Source of the DNA: Atractiella rhizophila
Lineage: Eukaryota
Length of the DNA stretch: 59,963 nucleotides
Direction: 5' to 3'
Assembly: GCA_021432655.1 (NCBI GenBank)
Contig: MU271465.1
Coordinates: 1-59,963, forward strand
Part shown: one piece after another, positions 12,217 to 25,700 of the stretch
Layout: every line of letters begins with the position of its first letter
Position numbering within the stretch: position 1 is the first letter of the stretch
Position numbers and translations under genes: made by a program
The notes under the pieces: model-generated
The model's database searches: none
What the model saw: the letters and a program-made list of their open reading frames with translations, nothing else
What the model was told of the DNA's origin: nothing

Positions 12217-13546
12217 ATGGACTTGCCAACCAACTTCAGCAGTAACCCGCATATAAAGAGCGCTCATGATGCGTGCCGAACCGTGGAGGGGAGCTTGAAA
12301 GAGAGAATAGAATCGACAGAGGACAGGAGTGTGGCGAAGGTGTTGCAGAAACAGCTCATCAACGTCCGAATCCTTGGTCGCATCCTCGAGTTCTGTCCGA
12401 CGCAGATTGGCAAGAACAAAATTGCGACAGAAGTCTTCACCGCTCTCAAGGAAGTGAAGACCAAAGACTTGCACTCCTCCGCCTCCCATGACGCTTTGAG
12501 CAATCTGGGGGAATTTTACGACCGCTTTTTCATTCGTTCGTGTAAGTTGGATCCTATATTTACGGGGTTCTTGCAGGTAATTTTTGTCCCTGCCCTGCGG
12601 TTACGCAGTTAGGAAGGCAAAAGGTTCGACGACGCAGATGTCAGGCCATCCTTCGCGACCATCTTTCGATCACGAGAGTGACTTGATGAAGGAGTTGCTT
12701 GTCGGTTGTCCAAAAGATCATCGTCAGGCAAAGGAAAGTGTAAGCACTGAGCTCGCTAACCTCCGTCTTTTTTAACTTCATGGCAGGCACTAATTCGCGA
12801 CAACCTCCGTTGCATCCTAAGTGGCAAAGTGGATCATCGCTTCGCACCAGACAATTTGAGGAAGGATCGAAACAATCAGATATCTCCGCCGGGACTCACT
12901 CACTGCGCTCACATATTTTCGGAATCGACCAATACCAATCTAGACGACGAGCACAAAGTGCGTAATGTCATTGTTTTCGGCGTATATTCATGGGTTAGTA
13001 TAGCGCAATCATGCCGCGAATGCTTGGGCGGTAATGGACAGGTTCGGACTCAGTGAAATTCGGCGAGAGCTAGAGGGTCAGAAGATACACCGTCTCAGCA
13101 ACATTCTAACCCTGGATTCGGCATTGCACGATTTGTTTGACAATCTCCAACTGTGGCTTCAGCCTACAGTGAGTGTCTCGGTATTCTTGATTCACTTCCA
13201 TTTATCATGCTCGTACAAGGCCGAATCCAACGTGTACAATATCGGGGCACAAGATGAAGAACTGGTTTTCGAGGGCTATCGCATTCCTCGATCAATCCTA
13301 CTCAGCTCTCGAAATCCGCGACTGGAACTACCCAACCCGGAGTACCTGAGAGTCCACGCTTCTTGCTGTCACATCGCAAATCTTTCCGGAGCAGTGAGTT
13401 ATCTTGATCAGATGGAAGATGTCCTTCCTTCGACCGTCCTTCCTCTGAAAGGTGATTTCTCGGAAGTCCTGACTGCCCGTCACTATGACCTGGAAATGTC
13501 GCAGCGACTGATTGAGGTTGGAAAGGAAAGGGAAGCTAAACAATGA
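12217..13546 (+). CDS. Fungal HNH_2-type endonuclease-domain protein, multi-exon
   Basis: Exons give ALIRDNLRCILSG, THCAHIFSES, IHRLSNILTLDSALHDLFDNLQLWL and LPNPEYLRVHASCCHIANLSGA, the usual pattern of basidiomycete HNH proteins. GT-AG introns lie between the pieces. Confidence 0.8.
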
Positions 13547-14177
13547 ACCCAATTTCACTGTTCGTTGGGATGGGTGACGAAGTTAAACAATGACGGCGCT
13601 TCAGTGTTTGTTGGGATGGGCGACGCTTTTCTTGCTTCTTCAAGCTGAGCTCATCCGGTTCTTCCTCCACTTCTTCAGAACTACCTTCATACTCCTCTTC
13701 TGATGACGCCGTCTCCGCATCCGTGTCTTGGTTGTCTTCACCCTTCATCAACGTCTCTTTGTTTAAACGAACGAAATCGAAAAAAATACCATAAAGAAAT
13801 ATTTGAGATCTCCCTAAACCAACGAAATAAATCTAGAAGGTCATATTCAGTTTCTCGCTTTCAGTTTGCTCCTCACGCAGTCCAACCCCATACGTTCTCC
13901 GTCTCCGTGCACCTCAATCGCGTCTGCAACTTGAAGACTATTAACAATACCGACATACGTCAAGACGTCAAGTTTTCTGTAGCATCCGTCATCAGTAACA
14001 TAACAACATGAACATGTTCAAATCAACCTTTCAACCTGCCCCCGCTCCTGCAGTCAACATCCGCTCTATCAAAGCTGTTGCATCCTCTGGATCTTCCGCT
14101 CCGTGTCAGAGGATCTGTTCTATGCAACCTCCTTCCTCGATGAGCCCATTTGCGAACCCAACGAACCCCTCTTACAA

Positions 14178-15661
14178 TTAGCACTCAAATCGGGTGCAGA
14201 AAACAAGCCGCAGAATCTTATACCCCTCGAAGTGTTTGTCACGCCATAACCTGGAAGGGTTTTTCAGAGGACTGATGGCGAAGTTGTTGGAGGAATGCCT
14301 CCAGGCACTCTTTTGAGGGGTTATGGAAATCTCCCTTACCTTCTTCTCCTGTTCAATGTTCAAAACCCGTGTTCTTTGGCGGGCCCGTTAGCATATCTTT
14401 CGGTCTAGTGAGACGAATCTAGCCTTGATGAAGCTGCTCAGACCGCTCTCTTTCCTTCCTCGCAACATGTTCGGGACGTCAAACATCACCATGTAATTCT
14501 TCATCCTTCGAAAGTCCTGCGGGAACTGTTGCTTCACTCGCTGAAGGATGCACTTGATCTTCTCGGAAGGAGGGAAAGGAAACTTCTCCCGAAGCTCGTC
14601 CGCGTCGTCGTTTCTTCGAACCGTTTTCACCGACTCTTTCACCTTCTTCTTCGCCTTACTTACAGACGGAGGTTGCGCAGGGATTCTCACTGCAGTTTCC
14701 TGGTATCCAATCCGTTGAATCTTCAAGGTGGTCTGTTCAGCAGGTGGGGAATCGGGAGTGACAATGGTATCTACGGCACGCACTCCCTTCTTGCTCGTAC
14801 TCTTCGAGTAAGTACATCGCATGGGTTTCTACTTCTGACATCTTCTTCGGTTCCTTCTTTCGTACAATTCCAGGGTACTTAACTGGAGCACGAAAGGCGG
14901 CATATGAGTCTGCCGTCGTGATGGGTTCGCGTCCATAAACATCTGGTGTTGTGAGTGGAGTCTGGAAACTGATACTGAAATTGTAAGAGAAAGGGGTTCG
15001 GAACGGTTGTTGTGGAAAATGGGCGGGAGTGGGTTGGATCAGAGGAGAAGGTGGTTGAGGAGAAAGGTCTACGTTCACCGAACGAGGTTGAGACGTCCAT
15101 CGCTGGCCGATCATCAAACGAAATGTCCATGTCTTTCTCTGCATTATCATCCTCTGTCCCCTTCTCTGCTCCTTCCTCCTAGAGAAGGAATCATCAGTTT
15201 CCATGAAGACGTCCGCAACGGAGTCTCCGGTCAAGTCAATTAAGGGTTAACCCGAAACGTACACTCTCTATCAGAGACGGAGAGCTCGTCCTTCAATTCT
15301 TTGGCGAAGAGTCAGTTGCTTTGGCCATCGGCACCAGAGTAGACCGTTTAGATAGTCCCGCAGGAGTGGGAGGGGAGGTGGTGGCATGGACTGTGTGAAC
15401 TTGTTTCACAGCACAGGGGCGTATGGCGCATGCAGGTCTGGTGGTAAAATTGAGGAACGAAGCGATGGGAGGTGTTTGGTCGAGATCCATCGACCTGCTA
15501 AAGGATTCAGCATCTTCGTCCGCTGGGGAGGATAGATCGAAATAAGACTCCTCGTTCAAGCCCCCCTGATACTCTTCCACATTGAACTCCTGTTGATATT
15601 CCTCAATAAATGTGGAGAGTTCGAATGATTCCTCATCCTCCTCCTCGTCTATGATATTCAT
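14178..15661 (-). CDS. Hypothetical low-complexity protein (fragmented ORFs, possibly a pseudogene)
   Basis: Collinear minus-strand ORFs 15293-15661, 14737-15234 and 14388-14822 with acidic, Pro/Ser-rich, then basic composition; no domain recognised. Confidence 0.25.
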
Positions 15662-16779
15662 CAGCGAGCGCGAACGACCTGAAGAAGCTTCGTACTATTG
15701 TTCAGGGCAGGGCATAACTTGGACAGCGACGAAGTGCGGGAGGTGTCAACGATGGAAGAACAAGATCATATCGAAATCGTCATCGACAACGCTAACATCT
15801 ACTCTCCTTCCTAAAGTATATCAAGTTTGCAGAGCGTGCAGCCAGAAGGTCGAGTCCTGGGCACAAAGGGAGTTCATGAGACGGCGGCCGAAGTTGGATT
15901 ACGCCATGTTATTTATCCTCGAAAGAGGACGCAAAGCAAGGGCAAAGTATATTGTAGGCAGTTCTCCGCTCTACAACCCCTCGAGGTTACCGTCGAATGG
16001 GTCAGTCTTGCTGTGGCTTACAGTCTTGAGCTCAACGTCGTTTAGGGTTACGACGTTTCTCTTTTACAGCGAGTGCGACAGGCCGTAAATGTTCCGGATG
16101 ATGACATTCTCGATCCAAGTCCCCCGCGTCGTGGAGTAAAGCGTCTTCGAACTCGCCAAGCTTCTAGTGGAGTTATACTGAACAGGTGATTTTCCTGCTC
16201 CTCCTCTTCTTTTCCTTGGGTCCTAGTGTGTTGACGAAATCCTGCGAATGAAGTTACTCGATCATTAGCCGTTGAACGTTCCCCAAACGCTAAAGTGACG
16301 CTCGTTCTCCTCTCGGGCGATGGTGCAGCATCCGACTTCAGTGACGAGGGATTCATGACACCCATACGCCTGCACTCAAGAGATGGAATGTTGAGATTGT
16401 AGCTTTTGGATTGTGCACGAGCGCGGCTTGGTTTGACAAGAAGGTTACAAAGCTGGGCACAGGCATCCCCAATGTTATTGAAATGGAAGAGTGTGCCGAA
16501 GCTTTGATCTCTTAATGCGTAGATGTATTTTGTCACACATCTCTTTGGATAATGAAACATGTCGTGTACCCTGCAATGGACGAATGCCTGAGTTATGATC
16601 ACCCAGAGGAAAAACCGCAAGAACAGAGCTTTTGTAATTGCACCAAGTTAGGAAAGACACGGAGGGTAGACATCAAATCAGAGACATTAAAGTGATTGTG
16701 TTCAGAAGAGGTCACGAATACTTACTTGGAAGAAAGAAAACGTCCATAATATAATATCAGGGAAGAACGGTCCATCAGG

Positions 16780-19700
16780 TTAGTTATGTGAAGTATTGCT
16801 CCAATCCGCTAGGTTAATAGTGGAGGAAGGGGTAACGAAGGCGGAAGCATCCATACCATCCCACTGAGGATTGAACAAAACCTGAATGGTTGCCGAGCCG
16901 GCAGGTAACTCGATGCAAAGGACGGTGGTGGGGTCGTTAGGTTGGTCTTGGTTTTTATCGCCTGATGGTAACGCAGGATCGGTTGAATATCTAGTGGCAG
17001 GAAGCTGACTGAAAATGCCATCAGCCGTCTGGATCTGCACCGTCATCTTCTTGCCTCCAAGCTCGAGTGTGGCCGTCTTTTTGTCGTCGCTGAACGACAT
17101 TGTGGCATTGGTGTGCGCTCGCCATTGAATAGTTCTGAGATCCAACCCATCAGAGCTCGCCCAACAAGACAAAGCGCAAAAGAATACCCATTAGCATTCT
17201 GAATTTCGTCCCTGATGATGGCTTGCTTGCGTCCGTTGATGTATCTGAAACCTCTTCGAACAGTGGCACCAGAATAGTAGGATGACAGATCCATCCAATA
17301 CCAGGCTGTGGAAGTGGACGGGAGAGCAGCGTCTAGCTTGACTTCACTACCGCTCGTGCTGGTATATTGAGCTTCATCAGTCGATCCATAGTTAGCGGGT
17401 GATGTTCCGGTGATTAGCTGGTTCACCTCGTCGATGACTGAATGAAAACGTTAGCCTTCCTCAAGTAAGAATGACGCAACATCCGTACCGATAGTGTTCT
17501 GTCCTTCCGTTCTCTTCCTGTAGTAGAGCCACCGATTTGAGTTCTGACCCTCTCCTCGGAAGTAGTCATCAGCAAGATAATTTCCACTTCCGAGCTCACC
17601 AAACCACCTCTGTCCAATGGCTTCCATAACAAAGTCACCGGCATCGAGATCTCCGTGCTGTGTAGCGGATCAGACCTTAGTAAGCTTTAAATTGGAAAGC
17701 AAGCGAAATTGTACATTTTGGTGATCTACCAGTTTCCCCTAGTTCCTTGTGATTAGCTCTGCTAGACACTGGTGATCGACACTTACTCCTTTCGTTGCAA
17801 TGTAAAACCCATCCGTATCAGTCCAGCTTGAACGCGTGGACACCCAAGTGTGGTTCTCGTGAGGGAAGTAATGGTCAAGTGGGAGATCGCAAGGCCAGGC
17901 TCCAGTCGCTGTAGCATCGTACCAAAGGGCGGAGAAAGGTTCGTCGGCGTCTTGAGCATCACGTTGATAGAGTATACATGGGAATGTCTTCACAAATTCG
18001 ACATCAGTCATTAACTAACTGGGGAACGGGTGGGAAAAGCAGAGACTGACCGAAGTAGCGACCCATGTACATCAGTGTGTTAGCAGTTGCAGTGTATTTG
18101 TTTGGTCCAGTATCGCCGTAGCTGAACTAAGCAGAGAGCTCAATGATCAGTTCCTCTGGTTCCTCTCCATAAGACCAAAGCACCATTCCAGTGTTTCCAG
18201 AGACGTACATGTGGAACAGCCCAGTGAGGTTGATAAAAGGATTCAAGTCCCACAGTCCTTGCACGCTTCCAGTAGCGGTTTCCAAATTGGAAGCCATCTC
18301 TACCATGGTTGACGTTCCGAAATACCAGTACGCAGCCTTACATTCCAATCAATATTCGTATAATTCTCGAGGGAAACGGAGGGAAGACGTACAGTTTCAG
18401 ACCAAGTTCCATCGGTGGATACACCAAAGGCGCAATTGTTGGCAGCGTTGGGAATTGAGTTCTGGAGGACGGTTTGAGAAGCACCAGTCGGGTCATCTCC
18501 AGAAATTGCGAGGGCTAAATGGTATCCACCATCAAGATGAGTTCTCGTTTTTGAACGTCAGGACAGGGTGACTTGCCTCCAGCGATGACTCCTCCGTTGC
18601 ACACGCAGTTCCAATTGCCGTTTACCCCAGGGTTGTACCACCAACTGTGGTTAGTATCTGATCCATCATAGACATTCAACGCCTTGTCTAGACCGAGAGT
18701 GATGATCGACCACATGATGTCTGTTTTCTGTTGAGCGCTCCAGTAGTCGTAGAACCAGTCATAAGCGATGGCAAAAGCGAGCTACGATCCATCAGGCCAT
18801 CAATTGCCTGAGGTAAAGTGGCGACTGAGAAATGGCGAACAATGAATTCTCCAACATCCAACCAATGCTGAGTATTCCAGTTATCAGGTGCGGTGCCAAA
18901 CGGAACAGATGAATCATTGCCAGATGCGACCTTCCCGGAAAGAAATAAACTGATCAGACCATGCATCCCACGAAAAAGATAACACATACCAAGATCTCCT
19001 GCCAGGTCCTCTCAGCCCACTTCGTATCCCCCGTCATCCTATAAGCCCAGCCCCAATGCTTGATCCTAACCTGAACCTGTCTTGCGACATCAAGCACACC
19101 GCTGTCTCCGAGGCCACCATCAATGTCATACGGCACGGGATCCATATTCGCAAACTTTGTAGCATTAGCAATGATAGTCTCGTTCCATCCAGCCAGGTAA
19201 GCATCGCTCGCAATGAGTTCCTTGACGCACTCCCAACGGGCACTGTCCGCAATCAATCGGGGATGGTCAGGTCGAACGGAGGGAGGCAGAGTGCTGGTGG
19301 TGGGTGTAAATCCGCTGGGAAGCGTGAAGGCGGCGCAGGAGAGGTTAGAGTTGCTCTGGAATGTCGGCGCTGAGAAAACAGTAGTGTCCACCGTGGTAGA
19401 GTATTGTGGGTTTCCGTTCGCATCGTATCCCTGTTTGTGATTGCAGAATTTCAGTATTTCAGGTCCTGAAGACAGCCCGAGGGTAAGAATAACGAAAGGA
19501 CGTGGCATGGCCCAACCTCTTGAAAATAGTAGCGTAACTCGCCATGGGAGGTGCGCAGCGTGACCAAATAAACAAGGAATCTGTTATATTTGGAACACCA
19601 CCAAAAAGGTCCTTGCGCAACCAGCTCCTTTGGGTGACAAGATGAAAGGATTTCTCCTCCTCCCGGAAGGCTCAGGCGAATAAAGCCTTCTCGCTTCCAA

Positions 19701-20232
19701 GGAGTCCAAATTGCTGAGAACAGAGGAGGGGCAACACAAAGCATGACCCATCTACTCAGACAGGACAATAAGACTAGGAAACTTACAACAGGGACGAAAT
19801 TGTTCCTGCTCCCACTTCCGAGCCCGCTGGAAGTAGTCCCACTCCCAGGACTTCCGCTCGAAGAGCCACCGTTGCTACCATTGCTCCCAATGCTGCTGCT
19901 TTTGTGCGAGCCTCCACTATCTCTCGTCCCCAATACACCTCCAAGCACAGCGCCGACGATGATGGGGATGACGGGTGGGATCCAACGAACCCATTTCTTG
20001 CCGAGAAATCCGCCCTTCTTGTTGGGCGGAGAAAAGCCTTGACCGTACGAGAAGTTCGATGGACCCTGTGCGAAGTTGGCTTGTTTCGGCGTGTTGGCGA
20101 AACTTCGCTCCCAGTTCAAGTCTTGATAGTCCTGCGCATCCAAGTGATCGTTAAACGTTGTTTCTGGAACCAAGGAAAGTAACTACGTACGACATTGCTC
20201 ATTGGACGCTGTTGAACGTCTGAGCGATACAT
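16780..20232 (-). CDS. Heparinase II/III-like polysaccharide lyase (PL35-like) with N-terminal membrane anchor, multi-exon
   Basis: Motifs DHPRLI, VLDVARQVQVRIKHWGWAYRMTGDTKWAERTWQE, WNTQHWLDVGE, NGNWNCVCNGG, HGDLDAGDFV, YYRKRTEGQNT. Hydrophobic segment WIPPVIPIIVGAVLGGVLG is followed by a Ser/Gly linker. The first exon MYRSDVQQRPMSNV splices in frame. Confidence 0.8.
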
Positions 20233-21156
20233 TTTAGAGTCTTGTAAAATCCTGGGCAGATTAGTACACTGCCAATCTAAGTCACCCCAGGCTGGTCAAG
20301 AGGACAACGAGACCGAGAAATGAAATTCACGGCCCTCGAGACCCAGCCAATTCTCAAAACAACTCTGAATTCGTGAATTGACAGTGCGGTCTGGCCTCAT
20401 CACGAAAGGTGAATTCCAAATTAAGAAAGCACTACACGATGTGCAAGCAGTTGGATTTTCGCTGAGAGAACACTGCCAAATGGCTGCTTTGCACACCAAT
20501 AATTCAATGCTTCGAGCACTGCGGTGGTGCTGCGTCCCACCAAGGTGAAAAAGCTCTGCTTTAGCTGCAAATGTAGTGCCTACTGCCGTCAAACTTAGGC
20601 AGTATCCGAAAAGCCTCATCCAGACATCAACGCACCATGCACCAATATTTCGCTGTCCAGCAGCTGCAGGGTAATGCTGCAACTGTTTCTCTTTCCGAGT
20701 TTGCGTTTCCGGCCCCAAGGGATCTTTGCTCTCACCCATCCATCATGGCCCCATCTCGTCCACTCCTTGAACAAGAAAATGGTCTCAGTGAGAAACTGAT
20801 TTCTTATCGCTTTGCACTAAAGGTCCCCAATCACTTATCAGTGAGTGCAAGCGATACAAATAATGTTATGTGATTGGGGAAAAGAAAGAGAAGGGAAACA
20901 CATCAAGCCATACTTATAAGTACATGTTTGGTACGGCATCCGGAACACGAGGCAAACGAACCAAACAGAAACAGATGACATCCACGATCTCCAACAGTCT
21001 CCATCCCCAGTAGTCCCAAGAACAACCTCATAGTCCCTTTCGATCCCAGGGAAGCGACGAATCTCCTCAATTGATATAGAACTCCAAGCGGCACAAGGCG
21101 GATGGTGGGAGAAGGCATATGCTGAAGATACCAAGCTTGGGATCTGGCTGAGGTGT

Positions 21157-22450
21157 GTGCATCTGATCTCAATCGAGTGGAGCCTACTAACAGTACTTGG
21201 TAATGTGCGCCGATTCGGCGTTCCAAGCAACTACACCACAGAGAAGTTTGAGAGCTACAACGGTGTCATGTGTCTGACGTCAGTGCATTCGAATCATCAA
21301 GGCCCAGGTCACAACATTGCTTCAGCTTTTGCCGGCTACAACCGCGTCCGACACATTCTCAGCGATGGGTTTTTGGTACGACAAATCGGTTTCTTGTTGG
21401 GCGCGTGCTTCCCAGCGCGCCCTCAACATCCTGAATTGACAGCGGAACTCCTCCGTCTCCCCTGCTTTCAACCGAACTTCAATCCTTCCGCCATTATGGA
21501 CAAAAAGCTTCTGCATAGCTATGAGCTGGGAGGAAAGACTCGCGCAAATGCCAAGTCGGTACGTCCATCGCTCACTCTAAGATTGTATCACGTCAAGTAC
21601 TCGAGTCTGATTCAGTTCAACAAAGCCGTTTTTATGTACTGCAGTCGATACCGTCCTGAAAGACATCTTGACCTAAACCTCTTCCAACTTCTCGAAGGAG
21701 AGCTCAAACTCTCCACAGCGATCGACCTCGTCATCCGAACCAGCAACCGCTATGAGCGCCTTCCCCTTAACTCCATCCTCCTGTCTCCCACGTATGCTTT
21801 CCCTCTTGCATTCATTTCTGAAGTCTTTTCCATGTCCAAATTATGTACACCAGAATGAAATCCATTGACCTCTCCGATGTAACGCATAAACATTCAGGGC
21901 ATGCTCTGTTCGATCTTTCTTTCTGCCCTCCGTATCCGCCTCATATCAACGACGCGCCGCGTTCCCCTTCCATCACATCAGCCAACTTCAGAACTCTACT
22001 AATTACTGCACCAACATGTATCCTTGCACAAAAAGAGTATCCATACTTGTCTACAAGGTGGCATCCTTTGGGCAAGAGATCCTTCTTGCTGCGAGTGAGA
22101 GGGCAACATCAATGACGCTTCCTCGGATGTAGTTTGATCAGTAAAGAGCAGGACAGTGAAGACGAAATGGACGAACCTGAGGGCTGCAGGCTGGTAACAG
22201 CCTTGAGGCAAAAGGTCCGGTCTAGCCATGGCGTCGTGTCGAGTTTCAAGCGAGAGGAAACAGGGGTTACGTGTATTGGTTTCGACCTGCGTACATTGAG
22301 GAAGCTGCAGTAGGAATATCCTTTCGTATTCTCAACAATCGATGGTATGGGAGGCGGAGGAAGGCTCCCATATCCGTTGCAGCCGCCGTAGGCAAGGATA
22401 GCAAACTTGATACAGTGATTGCATGTCAACCAGACACATGATCATCGCGT
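21157..22450 (+). mobile_element. Relic of a basidiomycete transposase-like ORF (probably CACTA/EnSpm-related), C-terminal part
   Basis: VRRFGVPSNYTTEKFESYNGVMCLTSVHSNHQGPGHNIASAF...RVRHILSDG resembles a recurrent repeat-borne protein motif in rusts and agarics. Broken frame; boundaries approximate. Confidence 0.5.
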
Positions 22451-23789
22451 ATCATTCTCCAAAAGAAGGAAAGAACCGAAACCTCCTGAAGCGTTAGCAT
22501 CTAGTATCCTTCTGCCCTGATTCGCCACCCCCCGCTCCATCCTCAACTCTCGTTCTTCCTCCTCTTCACTCCTGCCCTGAGTTCAACTAGAGCGCCAAGC
22601 TGCTATCGATTTCATTCGGTCGAGTTGCTGGCTAATGCTGCTTTTGCAGTGGTGCCATGAAGACGGATTGCCACATGAGAGGAGGTGGAGTAACAAAGGA
22701 GGGCTTTCTTGATGTTCAATGGGATCCACCGGTTTGATTTGCAAGTCGAAGGCAGTTGGAAACCAGGTGCCATTGTGGCACCTGGGCTGGTGGTTGTTGT
22801 TCGCTTGGATTGGATGTTCAATTGGTAAGGTTGAGTTCACAGGCATACTGCAAGTAAAGGAAGCTTGGATTTCAACCAGCCAACGCCATTTGCATCTCAC
22901 ATGAATGTTCACTTGGGTTTCCTGTGACACTTCAGGTAAAACCAACTCACCTGTAAACCAGCTGAGAACTGCAGGACGTTATGCCACTCTGAACCGACAC
23001 AGTTTTAAGTTTCATCTCAGATCCCCATGTGTTGAAGGGTCGCGACATTGCCGCAAACAATAGCGTACAGGCGTTTGAAAAATTAGTGTTGCCTGCTGTC
23101 GTCAATCTCAACCCGTTCGTCTTCCGGTCACGAGGTTATGCAAATTTGCTCATCAGCTATGCTGCAACACGTCTAATAACTACTCTTTGCTACATCTTGC
23201 AGTGCAATAATTGCATCCCATTGCACTTCCTGTGAAAGCTATCCATATTACTGCACCTGCCGGAGCAGACTAAATGCTTGGTTGCAAACACGTGAAGGCA
23301 CCAGCCTGTACGTCCGCATACACAATGACATCAGTTTGCCACCCGGAAATTCGGAAATTGGCTGGTTGAGATTGACGACGAGCAGCAGGAATGCAAACGA
23401 CTGTAGCGGCACATTTGCCGCAAACCCGCAAACCCCCTACTGCTCGTTCTGCCTCTCACCTCTGGTAGTCTCAGTTGCTTGTCGATTCTATTGTCAGGGC
23501 TGAATATAATGATATTACAATGAGGTGAAGAATGGCCTTATATACTTCAAGACAGGTGGCAAAATGAGTAATCACAGTAAGTCTAGAATGTTCACGAATA
23601 AGTGCGCCGCATGGTGGCAACGGACACGCTCAATCCTGACATTGCTAAGTCCACAGGACATCTCCATTGCCAAGAAAACACCTCATTTAATCGGATCCGC
23701 TGGAATCCAGCAAGGAGTGACTTAGGCATGCGCAAAAGAACCACAATATGTATGACATTTAGAGATTTGTACAAAGGAAAAGTGAATTG

Positions 23790-25700
23790 CTCAACTCAGA
23801 TCAAGTATCGCAGCCAACTTTTTCTGCTCAAATTTGGTTGGGTAAATTGCAGGATGCAAGAAGATTGCGACCATCGCGCTGAAAATACCAATCCCAGCCA
23901 TGCCATACTGTACGCCTAAAGGCAAGGGAAGAGAAGTAAGACTACCCATGAGTCCAGAAAAAGCCATCAGGAGCGTAATCCGTCCTCTGAGTTTATTAAG
24001 CCAACCATGCAACCTCGCATACTTTTTGAAATCCTCGTGTCGCTTCGCTCCTCCCTCGCTGTGCAGCATTGTCAGTCAAATGCTTCTCTGATCTTTATAC
24101 CTACCCCGACGGTGCCACCTTTCTGCTCAGGAATCGCCTAGGAAAAGAGTAAAGGAGTAAACTGAAGAGGTAAGTAGGGTACGAACATTGGCTTTCCATG
24201 TAGCCCGAGGAGACCTGGTTGGTGGACCTTTGTCCACTCCAAAGTCCTATGTTTGATTTTTAACCGCAATACATCTCGTCCTGCACTTTGTCGCACAACA
24301 ATGTCGTCATACAGAGTCCCACTGGCCACCATCGGTGCTATTAACAAGGTAAGAAGCAGCGAGAGGAGAAAGATGAGTAGCTACAGCCGTTGTCGTCCAA
24401 TTCATCGACAAAGGCTTTGATGCGAGTGATGACTTTGATCTCAGCAGCGGATTGTGGTGACACTAATTCTACGTGACTCTCAAAGTACACAAACTGTTGA
24501 AGAGAGGCCATCATCAGCCTCAAGGCGAGGGTCCCTCAGGAAGCTCGTACCGGGAAGTAGTATGAATCGTAGATTTGAGTAATGCATTGTTTATCCAAGT
24601 ACACCGGGTTGTTGTCCTCTGGTTGTAACCGTGCCACAATATCCCACGTTACATCGACTGCCTTTAGTATTGGTAACTCCAATTTGCTCAAGGAGAGAAA
24701 TCGCTTGCGATTTAGGTGGCATGAATCGAAACGGTCACGATTGTCCTTAATATCTAGTGACCTTCTACAGAGGCATCCTGTGGACGAGTCAGATTCATAA
24801 GAACCCAAAAATTTAGGCACACTCATGGAGTCTCTGATTAAGACAGGAATATTTAGTTCGAGTTGCATAATGTCGAGCCTAAGAGTGGGGACACTGATAG
24901 GACTGGTGTCTTGACTTCCTACATTTTGCGAAGGTGGTACAATCAGAGTTGGATCGAAGTCGGGTAGTGGCTGCATTTGACCTAGAAAGTTGTAAGGGTT
25001 ATCGCTTCAAGGAGCGATTGCTCGTTACCGTTCAACGTCCAATGAAGATACGAAAGATACGATGGTTTGTGTTTTGTTGGGTCTCATTTGTGGGAATTCA
25101 TTCTGGAGCTTGAACTCAAATTGGTTTGTTGAGTAAGGATGCAGGCAAGTATTTTGGCTTGTTCCAGTTGATGGAAGAATATTCTCCGATCAGGTTAATT
25201 ACATAAGCCAGTTTTCTAGTTATTAACCTTAAGCGCAGGGCTACGAACCTTACATTATCGGCGTCGAATCCGACTCCAACGGTGTCGACGAGCTCATCAT
25301 GCCTTCCCTCCCTGTTGCATCTGCCCTACTCCGGCTCACAGCACTTGTAGGGTCCTTCTAGCGGAATGGAATGTAACTCGATTTCTACTCCTCATACGAG
25401 TGGAAATTGTAAGGAGTTGGAAGAGCATGATGATGATGGCGAAGAGGGGTCAATTTCACTTGGTATGGCCGTCTCTTCCACTGGGAAGATTTTTTCAGCA
25501 GTTTTTCACTCTTGTACCCGTACTTCTCTAGCAAGTTTCTGCAGATCACCTGTTCAAACTTGTGGTACGTCTGGCGGTTTTACCTCTTTCTTACCTGACT
25601 CTTTGCTTGGGATAGACTGTCTAGACAACTCGGTGATTGAATATGTCTTGCTATAGACGTCCGGTACCCATTCGGAAGTAGGTTTGCCTGGTGGTAAAGG
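23790..25700 (-). pseudogene. Probable decayed multi-exon gene of unknown family
   Basis: Run of collinear minus-strand ORFs with splice-like junctions. The frame at 25330-25620 is interrupted by three TGA and one TAG. Confidence 0.3.
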
